From assembly GCA_963727775.1 (NCBI GenBank), contig CAVSHB010000001.1, positions 1,216,001-1,280,000 on the forward strand: DNA of 64,000 nt. Direction: 5' to 3'. The stretch is from an uncultured Nitrospiraceae bacterium (GTDB taxonomy: Bacteria > Nitrospirota > Thermodesulfovibrionia > Thermodesulfovibrionales > SM23-35). Under the pieces are notes generated by a model. It did no database searches. It was not told the origin of the DNA and saw nothing but the letters and a program-made list of their open reading frames with translations. The position numbers and the translations under genes were made by a program. Every line of letters begins with the position of its first letter. The first letter of the stretch is position 1. Shown one piece after another: positions 16,712-27,064 of the stretch.

Positions 16712-17386
16712 TTAAGGTGAGAATTTTATGTAGTTTTCCCAGTAGAGCAGAAGTTCCCTTGTGGCCTTAAGATCGCCTGCGCAATATTTTGCTATATCGA
16801 AGCACCGTCCTGCTTTGAACAGATCTTTTACCTCATATCCCGTAATGCCGTCTTCTTTGGGGCTCTTTATGCCGAAAGTCCTGCACCACATATCGAGGCT
16901 GAACCTTCTGCGTGAAGCGCCGAAAAATGTGAGCTGATCAAGCAGGTCTATATGAGTGTCGTTATATCTGTTCGGCATTAAGTCTTTTGCGGGTCTTATT
17001 TTATGCACGGCGGAACGGACCAGAATAAAAGGGCAATCAAAACCCCTGCCGTTAAATGTAATAAAATGTTTATGGCCTTTAACGACATTCCAGAATTTCG
17101 TTATTATTTCCTTCTCCGATCCCGTTTCGTAGCGTATACTATCTTCTTCAAACGGGAGCAGGGGGTCGCCTGTAGTCTGAAAAAAGACGGACCCCTTCTG
17201 AGTATCAGCATCAAGCATCCCTATTGCGACTATCTCTGCAGTGAGCGGATAGAATGAAAGGCTGTCTTTGACTCCTTCTTTTTCATCATTGGTTTCGGCA
17301 TACCGCAACATATATCCCTGTGTCGGCTTGTCAAGGGCCTCAAAATCCTTTCCGACTGTTTCTATGTCGAATATAACTCTGGACAA
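16712..17386 (-). CDS. stand-alone PolB-like 3'-5' exonuclease (DEDDy)
   Basis: ExoI FDIET, ExoII TFNGRGFDCP and ExoIII YCAGD. Confidence 0.85.
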   Translation of the reverse strand: MSRVIFDIETVGKDFEALDKPTQGYMLRYAETNDEKEGVKDSLSFYPLTAEIVAIGMLDADTQKGSVFFQTTGDPLLPFEEDSIRYETGSEKEIITKFWNVVKGHKHFITFNGRGFDCPFILVRSAVHKIRPAKDLMPNRYNDTHIDLLDQLTFFGASRRRFSLDMWCRTFGIKSPKEDGITGYEVKDLFKAGRCFDIAKYCAGDLKATRELLLYWENYIKFSP

Positions 17387-17408
17387 TTTTTATAGGACCC
17401 GCCGCTCT

Positions 17409-18719
17409 CTATGACGCCTTAGGCAGTTCTTTGAAGACTTTCCACGTCTTTAATAAGTCCATAGCCCTTTGCAATTGTATGTCCTCTTTCTCATCAACTT
17501 CTACAGGTATCATATCATCCGGTTCGACGGATCTTTCTTCCAGTTCTTCCCCGCCGTTTCTGAGATGCCTTTCGAGGTCTTTTTCTCTTATTGCGGGCCG
17601 GCTTTTCGCTTTATCCTTTACTTCAGGTTTAACCACGATATCCGGTGTAATGCCGGTTGTCTGTATTGATACCCCGTTTGGCGTGTAATATCTTGCAGTT
17701 GTCAGCCTGAGTGCGGACCCGTCTCCGAGCGGCACTACGGATTGCACGGACCCCTTCCCGAATGTCTGGGTGCCGATTAAGACTGCCCTGTTCCAGTCCT
17801 TCAACGCGCCGGCAACAATCTCCGAAGCGCTCGCGCTCCCCTGGTTCACAAGGACAACCATCGGTATAGTTGAGTTTGATTTGTTTTTGCCGCTCCGGTA
17901 CTCGACCTTTTCTCCTTTCCTGTCTTTGATAAACACGACTAATTTGTCCGGCAGAAGGAACTGGCTCGATACGTCCACAGCGCTGTTAAGGAGGCCGCCG
18001 GGATTGTTCCTGAGGTCGAGGACCAATGAATTTATATTTTGCTCCGCCAGTTTTTCCATGGCGGTGGTAAGGTCTGACGCGGTCTGTTCCTGGAATTGGG
18101 TCAACTTTATATAACCGATGCCGTCTTCAAGGAGCTTGGACTTCACGCTGTTTATTTTTATTACCTCGCGCATTAAGTTGAATTCCTTTGTCTCTTTCCA
18201 TCCTTCCCTGAGAATCGTTATTTTTACGGAAGTAGAAGGCGCCCCTCTCATCTTGCTGACAGCGTCATGCAGGGCCATGTCTTTTGTAAAATCATTGTTG
18301 ATCTTTATTATCTTGTCGCCTGATTTTATACCGGCCCGATATGCGGGGGTGTCTTCCAGCGGGGCTATTACGGTCAGCATGTTGTCTTTTACCCCGATCT
18401 GTATACCGATACCGCCGAACTCTCCTTTTGTGTCCACCTGCATTTCCTTGTACTGCTCGGGCGTCATAAAGGCGGAATGCGGGTCAAGAGAGCTGAGCAT
18501 CCCTTTAATTGCGCCGTAAATCAGGTCCTTCGGTTTTACATCTTCTACATAGTTTTTTCTTACCAGCGACAGGGCCTCGGAGAAAACCTTCAGTTCTTCA
18601 TACCCCTCTTCAGCGCTGACGCTGTTTCCCGACAACCTGCCGATAAAAATACCTGTTGAGGCAACGGTAACGATAAGGAACACAATAAGGACCAACTTCT
18701 TGCTCATGAACTTTTTCAT
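17409..18719 (-). CDS. ctpA: carboxyl-terminal processing protease (S41A)
   Basis: LDPHS, GEFGGIGI (PDZ), DLRNNPGGLL, SASASEIVAGAL and TFGKGSVQ. Confidence 0.95.
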   Translation of the reverse strand: MKKFMSKKLVLIVFLIVTVASTGIFIGRLSGNSVSAEEGYEELKVFSEALSLVRKNYVEDVKPKDLIYGAIKGMLSSLDPHSAFMTPEQYKEMQVDTKGEFGGIGIQIGVKDNMLTVIAPLEDTPAYRAGIKSGDKIIKINNDFTKDMALHDAVSKMRGAPSTSVKITILREGWKETKEFNLMREVIKINSVKSKLLEDGIGYIKLTQFQEQTASDLTTAMEKLAEQNINSLVLDLRNNPGGLLNSAVDVSSQFLLPDKLVVFIKDRKGEKVEYRSGKNKSNSTIPMVVLVNQGSASASEIVAGALKDWNRAVLIGTQTFGKGSVQSVVPLGDGSALRLTTARYYTPNGVSIQTTGITPDIVVKPEVKDKAKSRPAIREKDLERHLRNGGEELEERSVEPDDMIPVEVDEKEDIQLQRAMDLLKTWKVFKELPKAS

Positions 18720-18740
18720 ATTCTCTCTATCCTCCAAAAA

Positions 18741-19961
18741 TTATCTCCTTTTCAGCCACTGTAATGGATCAAGGGGTTTACCTTTATAACGCAGTTCAAA
18801 ATAAAGACCCGGGGAATTCACAATGCCCGAATTGCCGACCCGACCTATCGCCTGCTTCCCTTTTATTATATCTCCAACTTTCGTAAAAATCTCTGACAGA
18901 CTTCCGTACAATGTATGATATCCGTCGCCATGGTTCACAATTACGAGTTGTCCGTAACCCTTGAACCACTCGGCAAATACCACTTTGCCGCTGTGCACCG
19001 CCTTTGCAAGGGAATCGGCGTTTGACTGTATGTATGTGCCGCTCCTGAATATCGGCGTGTTGAACTGAGGGTCCTTTTGAGAACCGTAATGAATTGCTAT
19101 CTTTCCCTCCACAGGCCAGGGGAGTTTACCTTTAAGGCCTGAAAAGTCTTTCGTTGCGAACGGCTCTTCCTTTTCGGCCTTCTCGGATTCCCTGATGATA
19201 TCGAGTATCTTTTGCGAAGCGTTTTTCAATTCCTTCAGCATCCTTGAATAGGAGGTTTCTTCTCTTTTTACAGACGCAAGCAATACCTCTTTATGTTTTT
19301 TCTTTTGCGCCAGGGATTCTTCTTCGGCCTTCACCTTCTCTTTGTTTCTTGTGAGCTCTTTTTTCAGTGATACGAGCTGATTTTCTTTTTCAGAAAGGGT
19401 TTCGAGATCGCCCTTATAATTGTCCATGATCCTGTGTTCGTATACCGTAAGATATTGAAGGTACTTTACCCTCCTCATCAACTGGGAAATATCATCGCTG
19501 CTCTGGAACAACATGACGATATCTGAATTGTGTCCGTATTTATGTATCGACCTGAGCTTCCTTTTGATCCACTCCCTGTGCTTTTCAATAATATTCTTAT
19601 TCTGCGAGATGTCGTATTCAACCCGTAAAATGCGGGATTCCGTATCCACAAGTTTGGTCTTGTATTTTTTGAGGGCGGAATCAACTTCTTTCAATTGTTT
19701 GTTGGTGTTTTCCATTTCAGTGAGTATCGATGATTCACGCTTTTTGGCTTCATCGAGTTTTTCTTTGTGAGTTGTTATCTGTTTCTGTATTCTCTTATAT
19801 TCCTCGTGAGGAGACCCGGCCAGGCAGAATGAGGCATTAAGCAGGGTGGAAAGGACCAAGACAGGCAGCATAAAGCAAAAAAGAGAGACGGAAATACAGA
19901 GATCCGGAAATTTGCTTTTTGTATTTTGTGCCTTCTTTACTGCACCCTGAACTTTGCTCAA
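18741..19961 (-). CDS. envC: murein hydrolase activator EnvC (coiled coil + degenerate M23)
   Basis: Long coiled coil, KGKLPWPV, GYGQLVIVNHG and LYFELR; follows ftsEX. Confidence 0.88.
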   Translation of the reverse strand: MSKVQGAVKKAQNTKSKFPDLCISVSLFCFMLPVLVLSTLLNASFCLAGSPHEEYKRIQKQITTHKEKLDEAKKRESSILTEMENTNKQLKEVDSALKKYKTKLVDTESRILRVEYDISQNKNIIEKHREWIKRKLRSIHKYGHNSDIVMLFQSSDDISQLMRRVKYLQYLTVYEHRIMDNYKGDLETLSEKENQLVSLKKELTRNKEKVKAEEESLAQKKKHKEVLLASVKREETSYSRMLKELKNASQKILDIIRESEKAEKEEPFATKDFSGLKGKLPWPVEGKIAIHYGSQKDPQFNTPIFRSGTYIQSNADSLAKAVHSGKVVFAEWFKGYGQLVIVNHGDGYHTLYGSLSEIFTKVGDIIKGKQAIGRVGNSGIVNSPGLYFELRYKGKPLDPLQWLKRR

Positions 19962-20833
19962 TATCGAATCCTCCCGATCGCTATACCGGCACCTGTTATT
20001 CCGAGAAGGAAACCCGTCAGGGGAAGGATAAAGGACATATTAATCGGGAAAATAATTGTGCTGAAAATTGGAAACAGCAGGCCGAGTTTAAGAATGATCA
20101 GATAATAGAGAGAGAGCAGGCCGAAAAGTCCCAGGAGGCCGCCCAAAAAACCGATGACCGCTCCCTCGATAAAAAACGGCGCCCTAATGAAGGTCTTTGA
20201 AGCGCCCAAAAGTTTGTAGGTTTCAATCTCCCTGCTTTTCCTGTAAAAAAGGATCTTTACCGTGCTGTAGCACACAAAGACCATACCTGCGGACATTATT
20301 ATGATAAACGCCATGCCCACAGTTTTAATGCCTCTCCTTAAAGAATAGACAGAGGACAGGAATTTTTCTCCATATTCGACCTCCTGGACGCCATTTATTT
20401 TTGTGAGCCTCGCCGTAAGTTTCTTTACGGTTTCAGGACCTATGGCGTCACTCTTCAATTTGATCTCCAGTGAATCAGGCAGGGGATTTTCATCGAGGCC
20501 GTCGAGGACATATTCCGTGTCCTTTAAGGTAGCCTTCAGCTCCTTCATGGCGGTGTCTTTCGATATGAATTTTACTTTTTCTACTGAGCTCTCATTTTTG
20601 GCGGCATTTGTGATATTTGTTATATCATCTTGTGACAGATTGTCCTTAAGGTAAAGCATTACAGAAAATTTTTCGGGGAGTCTTTTCGTTGCAATATCGA
20701 TATTGTACACGCAGAGGAGTGTGAGGGCGGTAATCAGGATACCCGCTGCTATGGTAAGCACGGAAAGCAGGTTTATCCATTTTTCATGTAATATGCTGCG
20801 GGCGGCGAGTTGAAACGAAAACAGTACAGACAT
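19958..20833 (-). CDS. ftsX: cell division permease FtsX
   Basis: ENPLPDS and REIETYKLLGASKTFIRAPFFIEG; 4 TM segments. Confidence 0.92.
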   Translation of the reverse strand: MSVLFSFQLAARSILHEKWINLLSVLTIAAGILITALTLLCVYNIDIATKRLPEKFSVMLYLKDNLSQDDITNITNAAKNESSVEKVKFISKDTAMKELKATLKDTEYVLDGLDENPLPDSLEIKLKSDAIGPETVKKLTARLTKINGVQEVEYGEKFLSSVYSLRRGIKTVGMAFIIIMSAGMVFVCYSTVKILFYRKSREIETYKLLGASKTFIRAPFFIEGAVIGFLGGLLGLFGLLSLYYLIILKLGLLFPIFSTIIFPINMSFILPLTGFLLGITGAGIAIGRIRY

Positions 20834-21498
20834 CAGCCGATCTCCTCTCCTGAAAAATTTCCGAAATCCAGTTTCAGCACTCTTCTGCCTGAATTCTTAA
20901 AAAGTTCTCTATTATGTGTAGCGATCAGGATTGTTGTCCCTTTTGCGTTGATGTCCTTAAAAGTCCTTATGATCCCTGTTGAAGTATCAGGGTCAACGTT
21001 GCCGGTCGGCTCATCGGCAAGGATAATCATCGGTTCTGAAACGATGGCCCTTGCAATCGCCACCCTCTGCTGCTCTCCGCCTGAAAGGGCGTCAGGATAA
21101 TTGTCCGACTTATGACGGATGTTTACTGTTTTAAGCGAGTCGAACACGCGCGCCTTTAATTCTTTATCATCGTTTATTCCCCTTATCCTTAAAGCGATCG
21201 CGACATTATCATAAACATTCCTGTTGTTAAGCAGTCTGAAGTCCTGAAAGACCACTCCGATATTTCTTCTCAGCAGCGCTATCTTTGATTCCTTAAGCCT
21301 TGTTAACTCCAAATCCGCCACCGTGATATTGCCTTCATCGGGTTTTACGGCCATGAATATTAATTTGAGGAGTGTTGATTTTCCCGAGCCACTCGGTCCG
21401 GTTATGAACACCATCTCACCTTTTTCGACTGAAAAAGTTATTCTTCTCAGCGCCGTATGCTCGTCGTAATGCTTTGATACGTCCTGAAAATGTATCAA
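20833..21498 (-). CDS. ftsE: cell division ATP-binding protein FtsE
   Basis: GPSGSGKST, IGVVFQDFRLL, LSGGEQQRVAIARA and ADEPTGN. Confidence 0.93.
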   Translation of the reverse strand: MIHFQDVSKHYDEHTALRRITFSVEKGEMVFITGPSGSGKSTLLKLIFMAVKPDEGNITVADLELTRLKESKIALLRRNIGVVFQDFRLLNNRNVYDNVAIALRIRGINDDKELKARVFDSLKTVNIRHKSDNYPDALSGGEQQRVAIARAIVSEPMIILADEPTGNVDPDTSTGIIRTFKDINAKGTTILIATHNRELFKNSGRRVLKLDFGNFSGEEIG

Positions 21499-22484
21499 TG
21501 CAATGCCTTTGTGATCATATTTACAATATTGTCGGCGGTAAGACCGTAGAATTTCAATAACTCTTCAGGAGAGCCCGAACATCCGAAGTCGTCTTTTATC
21601 CCGATCCTGAGTAACTTTGTAGGACAGTTTTCAGATATGAATTCACTGACGGCGCTCCCGAGGCCGCCTATTATAGAGTGCTCTTCCGCGGTGACAACCA
21701 GCCTGCAGGACTTTGCGGCTTCAAGCAGGGTTTCGGTATCGAGCGGCTTTACAGTCGACATATTTATTACACCTGTGTCTATGCCTCTCTGTCCGAGGAC
21801 TTTTGCGGCGTCGATAGCCATAGATACCATAATCCCCATAGTTACAATATTCACATCTTTCCCTATGTGGAATGCATGGGCCTTGCCGATCTTGAAATCA
21901 TAGTCATCCGGCATTACAGAAGGGATTTTGGCCCGTCCGAGCCTTACGTAAACAGGGCCGATGTAATCAGATATAGCTTTAATTACCTGCTTTGTCTCGT
22001 TGCCGTCCGCCGGCACGATGACCGTCATGTTCGGAAGGACCCTCATTAGGGCAACGTCTTCTATTGCCTGGTGTGAAGCGCCGTCTTCGCCGACTGTAAT
22101 ACCGCTGTGTGTTGCGACAAGTTTTACGTTCAGGTTCGAATAGCAGACGGTCTGCCTTATCTGCTCCCATGCCCTGCCTGTCTCGAAGACCGCAAACGTA
22201 GAAGCGAAGGGGAGCTTGCCGGTAAGAGAGAGGCCGCTTGCAGTACCGATCAGGTCCTGTTCCGAAACCCCGAGATTATAGAACCTGCCGGGGAACGCCT
22301 TTGCAAACTTTCCAGTCTTTGTAGAACCCGAGAGGTCCGCGTCAAGGACGACCACGTCAGTCCGCTGTTTGCCGAGCTCAAGGAGAGCTTCACCGTAAGC
22401 GTCTCTTGTTGCAACTTTACGTTTAGTGTCCGGGGTATGAAGTCCGGAGGTATGAGTATCCGGTTTTTCTGTTCTTTCGCCCAT
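21495..22484 (-). CDS. tkt: transketolase, C-terminal (pyrimidine-binding) subunit
   Basis: ATRDAYGEAL, DADLSGST, GEDGASHQ and AEEHSIIGGLG. Confidence 0.93.
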   Translation of the reverse strand: MGERTEKPDTHTSGLHTPDTKRKVATRDAYGEALLELGKQRTDVVVLDADLSGSTKTGKFAKAFPGRFYNLGVSEQDLIGTASGLSLTGKLPFASTFAVFETGRAWEQIRQTVCYSNLNVKLVATHSGITVGEDGASHQAIEDVALMRVLPNMTVIVPADGNETKQVIKAISDYIGPVYVRLGRAKIPSVMPDDYDFKIGKAHAFHIGKDVNIVTMGIMVSMAIDAAKVLGQRGIDTGVINMSTVKPLDTETLLEAAKSCRLVVTAEEHSIIGGLGSAVSEFISENCPTKLLRIGIKDDFGCSGSPEELLKFYGLTADNIVNMITKALH

Positions 22485-23317
22485 TATTTTTCGAGTTCCT
22501 TTAAAGCCATTTCGAGTTCCTGATGGGTAGGAGCCAACCCGTGATATTCGACCTTCCCCTCAAAAAATGAAACGCCTTTTCCTTTTATTGTGCGTGCGAC
22601 TATCATCGTCGGCTTGCCTTTTACAGTTTCCGCCTCATTCAGCGCATTGAGGACTGCATCCATGGCATGTCCATTGATATCAATAACGTGCCAGCCGAAG
22701 GCTTCCCATTTCTTGACCAACGGCTCAATATACATGACGTCACAGCAATGCCCGTCGATCTGGAGGCCGTTGTTATCGATAATTGCGCACAGGTTATCAA
22801 GCCTGTAATGTGAAGCGGTCATCGCCGCTTCCCATACCTGTCCTTCCTGGGTCTCACCGTCTCCAAGGAGACAATATACGCGTGAACTCAGTCCGTCCAT
22901 CTTAAGCCCCATCGAGATGCCGTTTGCAATAGATAGTCCCTGACCAAGCGAACCGGTTGATATCTCTACGCCGGGGAGCTTCCAGGAACACGGATGTCCC
23001 TGTAGCGGACTGCCGAGTTTCCGTAATGTCTTCAGTAATGATTTATCAAAATAACCGGTCAAAGCAAGCGCTGCGTAGAGGACCGGGGCCGCGTGGCCTT
23101 TTGAGAGGATAAACCGGTCCCTTTCTTTCCACTGAGGATTTGCCGGATTGTGCCTCATTTTGGAAAAATATAGCGCGGCCACAATATCCGCCGCTGAGAG
23201 TGACCCTCCCGTATGACCCGAGCCCGCCTCGGTAAGCATCTTCAGTATTTCTATCCTGAGCAATCGCGCCTTTTCCTTAAGAAGGTCTATATCTGCTGTT
23301 GTAATATCTGAAATCAT
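22484..23317 (-). CDS. tkt: transketolase, N-terminal (TPP-binding) subunit
   Basis: SGHTGGSLS, RDRFILSKGH, STGSLGQG and GDGETQEGQVWEA. Confidence 0.94.
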   Translation of the reverse strand: MISDITTADIDLLKEKARLLRIEILKMLTEAGSGHTGGSLSAADIVAALYFSKMRHNPANPQWKERDRFILSKGHAAPVLYAALALTGYFDKSLLKTLRKLGSPLQGHPCSWKLPGVEISTGSLGQGLSIANGISMGLKMDGLSSRVYCLLGDGETQEGQVWEAAMTASHYRLDNLCAIIDNNGLQIDGHCCDVMYIEPLVKKWEAFGWHVIDINGHAMDAVLNALNEAETVKGKPTMIVARTIKGKGVSFFEGKVEYHGLAPTHQELEMALKELEK

Positions 23318-23799
23318 TTTTTGGCCCTTTTCATTATATAATTTAACAAAATGTCGTCAAGGCTTTTTGTTATCTGGTCCTTTGCCTCACTCTGCTCCGC
23401 TGTCAGATTTGTATCCATAGAAATTACCGCTTCCGCTGCCGGTTTTGCTCTCAATTTAATTATTACTTCGGCTGTGCGTATATCTTCAGCCTCTTTAGCT
23501 TCATCGACTACACTGTCTTCTACTCCAGCTACTTCCTCGCCTTTGGCATCGCCTGTGAATTTACCGGACAGGAGATCTCTTATGATTAATTTATGCTGCG
23601 CCTTCATTATTTTTGTGACTTTCTCTGTAAAATCAGCGTTATTCAAAATATGCGCGTAACTGGTCTTTTTAGAGGCAAGAATTGCGCCTTTCGAATAGAG
23701 AAGGGTCACTATCACAGGATTATTTTGTCCGCTATCCTCGGTCTGGATATGATATATTTTCTCTTTGTAGGATATGTTTGTATTGTACCCGACAAGCAT
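23314..23799 (-). CDS. conserved hypothetical protein
   Basis: Globular-looking N-terminus GYNTNISYKEKIYHIQTEDSG; C-terminal KSLDDILLNY; stop overlaps the tkt start. Confidence 0.7.
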   Translation of the reverse strand: MLVGYNTNISYKEKIYHIQTEDSGQNNPVIVTLLYSKGAILASKKTSYAHILNNADFTEKVTKIMKAQHKLIIRDLLSGKFTGDAKGEEVAGVEDSVVDEAKEAEDIRTAEVIIKLRAKPAAEAVISMDTNLTAEQSEAKDQITKSLDDILLNYIMKRAKK

Positions 23800-23993
23800 T
23801 ATTTATTTTAAAATAAAAATCAATTTATTATATATAGCAGTGGTGAAAAAAGGGAAGGGGCTGAAGGAATGTTCTGTTCATACAAATAAGCCTTGCAGCA
23901 AACGCAGCTTTTTAACAAGAACACCTGAAACGAGTGACTTCTATGAGAATGGTAAGTTACTTGCTACCGACAAAAAACAAGCAAATAGATATA

Positions 23994-24428
23994 CTATTTT
24001 AGTATCGGATATCCCGCTTCTTTCCATGCTTTTAGACCGCCAATCATGTTTACAGCTTTTTTATATCCAAGATCATTCATTGACTTAGTCGCCAACGGAC
24101 TTCTCAGGTCGAGACCACAATATACAATAATCGTTGAGTTTTTATCCGGTATAATCAGACGCACTTTAAAATCCAGGCTTCCACGGGAAATATTGATCGC
24201 GCCCGGAATATGCCCAGTTTCATATTCTTCTCTGTCCCTGACATCAAGTATAATAATGTTTTCTTTGTTATCCACCATTTTTTTGACTTTATCAATAGAT
24301 ATCTCATTTATTGCGGCTTTTGCCTCTTTTACAAGCTCATCAGGGGTCTTATCAACGGCATAAACAATAAATGAAGGACAAAGTATAAAAAAAGCAACTA
24401 TAAAAATAACACTTAATTTCTTTTTCAT
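23994..24428 (-). CDS. secreted rhodanese-like sulfurtransferase
   Basis: Signal peptide; LDVRDREEYETGHIPGA, active-site YCGLDLRS and MIGGLKAW; RBS GAGG. Confidence 0.9.
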   Translation of the reverse strand: MKKKLSVIFIVAFFILCPSFIVYAVDKTPDELVKEAKAAINEISIDKVKKMVDNKENIIILDVRDREEYETGHIPGAINISRGSLDFKVRLIIPDKNSTIIVYCGLDLRSPLATKSMNDLGYKKAVNMIGGLKAWKEAGYPILK

Positions 24429-24546
24429 GTTTACCTCATTTAAAGCTTTATTTTCAGTATACACCATTGATATCCTTACAAGTAATGGAAATATCAAACC
24501 ATCAGAATTTTAAATCAAAAATATAATGTGAATAAGGAGGAAGGGA

Positions 24547-25074
24547 GTGTCAGGCATTGTTTTGTGGATAACAGGACTTCCTGGGAGCGGGAAGAGCACC
24601 GCTGCCGATGAGATAAAAAAGGCATGTCCCGAGTTTGTTATTATCAGGATGGATGAGCTTAGGAAAATTGTTACTCCAGATCCTACATATTCCGAAAATG
24701 AGAGGGAAACAGTATACAGGGCTTTGGTCTATCTTTCCCAAAAACTTGCTAATCTCGGACACGATGTGATTATAGACGCCACAGGGAATCTCAGGAGGTG
24801 GCGGGAATTTGCCAGACAGCTTATCCCCAAGTTTATAGAAGTATATCTTAACTGCCCGATAGAAGTTTGCATGCAGAGAGAAGAACAGAGAATAGAAAAA
24901 CACGGAGCGCCAGTGGATATTTATAAAAAAGGCACTGAAGGGTGGCCTGTACCCGGCATCTCCGCACCCTACGAAGAACCCGTGAATCCTGAGATTACCA
25001 TTAATACGGACAAAACTTCTTTACGGGAAATTGTAGCACGAATAATTGTGGAAATATCGCGGATTAGGTCTTAA
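24547..25074 (+). CDS. cysC: adenylyl-sulfate kinase-like protein
   Basis: WITGLPGSGKST, FIEVYLNCPIEVC and PGISAPYEEP. Confidence 0.75.
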   Translation: MSGIVLWITGLPGSGKSTAADEIKKACPEFVIIRMDELRKIVTPDPTYSENERETVYRALVYLSQKLANLGHDVIIDATGNLRRWREFARQLIPKFIEVYLNCPIEVCMQREEQRIEKHGAPVDIYKKGTEGWPVPGISAPYEEPVNPEITINTDKTSLREIVARIIVEISRIRS

Positions 25075-27064
25075 TGCTCTTTGTCAGTCCCTTCAATTCC
25101 AACATTATCCGCATGTCGAATTGACCGGGACTCTTGATGGCCTGAAGGCTTATCCCCCAGCACTGTTTTAAATATTTGAAGGTCACCGAGGATTGTGCTA
25201 TCTGCTTTGCTTTCTCGTCATACCAGATGTTGCCTTCCACGTATAAGGGTTTATACGGATGGAATTTAATGTAGCCCGTGTAATATTCAGTATCATCGCT
25301 TACGTTATATCTCTGCCCCATAGAAACAAATACATCGGAAATCGTGACAGAGATATCGGAGTATGCGCTATCGACCTTGCCGGTTTGAAAATTGTAATTT
25401 ACATCGAATCTTAATGAGACCGGCTTTTTAAGGCCGAGCTCAATGTTAAAAGGCAGTAACGCCTGATTACCGAGAAATGTATCGAACCCCTGTGAAACCT
25501 TGAAAACCATAAACTCTCCATCCTTGTTCAGAAACCTGTTCAGCAGGGAAAGGCCGATAGTAGACGTCCTCTTAAACAACTCTGTTGAATCGAATACCGG
25601 GAGATTCGAGAGATTATTCTCGGAATCTGTAATAAGCGTGTAACTTAAAGAAGGCTCGATAATATGGGTAAATGATTCGTACCTTTTCAATAGCCTGGTA
25701 TGCGCCGTCAGGCTGTATTCGAGGGCTTCTTTGTGTGGAGAGGTCTGATCATCATTTCCCTGCAGAGAATAGGCCGTCTCACGCAAGCCGAGCGCCTGTG
25801 ATATCTGGATATCGTTCCCAAAAGTATTTAATATCCTCGGGTATATATCTATCCTCTGTCCGCCTTGGTTTGCGCTGCTGCCGAAATTTGCGAATGTTGT
25901 CGCAGCGGAGATCCAGAAATACCCGATCTTTGTAGGGTTCAGAACATAGCCAGCTTCAGGCAATTTTTGGGCAGGCGCAACGCTGTTTGGTTCAAGGTCG
26001 ATCCAGTATTGAGACAAGAGATAAGCGCGGGAATTTGAAAAGGGAAGGTTTATTTCTCCTGTAGATTCAAGAAAACGGTTAGTGCGGACTTCAATCTCAC
26101 GGCCGAACTCACTGTAATAATCCTTTTCATTTATAAGATTTATGTTCAGGTATCCGCCAATACCTTCCGTTGATCTCTGATCGTGTAACCCCCTAAATTC
26201 CAGGAAATCCTTATCCAGCAATCTGTCCTGTAGGTGGGAAAACCACCATTTGCCTTGTATATTTCCGGGTTCAACATACCGTAATTCAAGGTCTTCTTCA
26301 AGACCTCTTTTTGAATACTCATTCAATGTGAAGGTCATATCCCGGTTTTCAGAAATCGCCCAGTAAAATGGAATATTGAAGTAAAAGCCATTTGTATTGC
26401 TATAACCGGCATAAGGAGTGAGAAATCCCGTAGCTCTGTCGGTGAGGAAGGGTGCCCTGAAATAAGGAGTATAAAAAACAGGGATGTCCTTAATCCGGAA
26501 TGTGACATCCTTTGCCTTTAATGTATCTTCAACTACTGCGTCAATATCTTTGCCGCTGAAACACCATGCAGGCACAGGGGCGTCACAAGTAGTAAAGACA
26601 GACCTGGGACTGGTATAATATTTTTCTCCTTTTTTTTCTATTACCTTTCCTTTGATATGAAAATCGCCTTTTTTGATTATAACTTCCGCATCGTACAGTG
26701 TGCCTGTCTTGTCGTCGAGATTTAATTCCGCTTTACTCGCTGTAAAAGATGCGTCCTTTTCGGTATACTTCACATTACCGACAGCGACCGTTTCAGAGGT
26801 TTGGTCGTTATAGGTCATCTCATCGGCCTCAATATGCTCATCAGCCTTTTGGATCTTTACCTTGCCTTTTGCAATATAGGTTGTCGTCTCCTTATTGTAT
26901 TCAAGGCTTTCGGATACAATGTTTGTTTTCTCCTCCGCGAAACAGAAAGAAGCGGAAAACATATAACAAACAGCAAACAGCATACAGCAAACAGCATACA
27001 GGAAGATTGACCTGTTCTTTTTGCCGTTTGCCGAAACCCGTTTGATGTCTGTTTTTGTTGTCAT
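25064..27064 (-). CDS. lptD: LPS-assembly protein LptD
   Basis: N-terminal OstA-like beta-jellyroll, FTTCD...W, PVFYTPY...RATGFLTP and a C-terminal beta-barrel. Confidence 0.88.
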   Translation of the reverse strand: MTTKTDIKRVSANGKKNRSIFLYAVCCMLFAVCYMFSASFCFAEEKTNIVSESLEYNKETTTYIAKGKVKIQKADEHIEADEMTYNDQTSETVAVGNVKYTEKDASFTASKAELNLDDKTGTLYDAEVIIKKGDFHIKGKVIEKKGEKYYTSPRSVFTTCDAPVPAWCFSGKDIDAVVEDTLKAKDVTFRIKDIPVFYTPYFRAPFLTDRATGFLTPYAGYSNTNGFYFNIPFYWAISENRDMTFTLNEYSKRGLEEDLELRYVEPGNIQGKWWFSHLQDRLLDKDFLEFRGLHDQRSTEGIGGYLNINLINEKDYYSEFGREIEVRTNRFLESTGEINLPFSNSRAYLLSQYWIDLEPNSVAPAQKLPEAGYVLNPTKIGYFWISAATTFANFGSSANQGGQRIDIYPRILNTFGNDIQISQALGLRETAYSLQGNDDQTSPHKEALEYSLTAHTRLLKRYESFTHIIEPSLSYTLITDSENNLSNLPVFDSTELFKRTSTIGLSLLNRFLNKDGEFMVFKVSQGFDTFLGNQALLPFNIELGLKKPVSLRFDVNYNFQTGKVDSAYSDISVTISDVFVSMGQRYNVSDDTEYYTGYIKFHPYKPLYVEGNIWYDEKAKQIAQSSVTFKYLKQCWGISLQAIKSPGQFDMRIMLELKGLTKSIKT

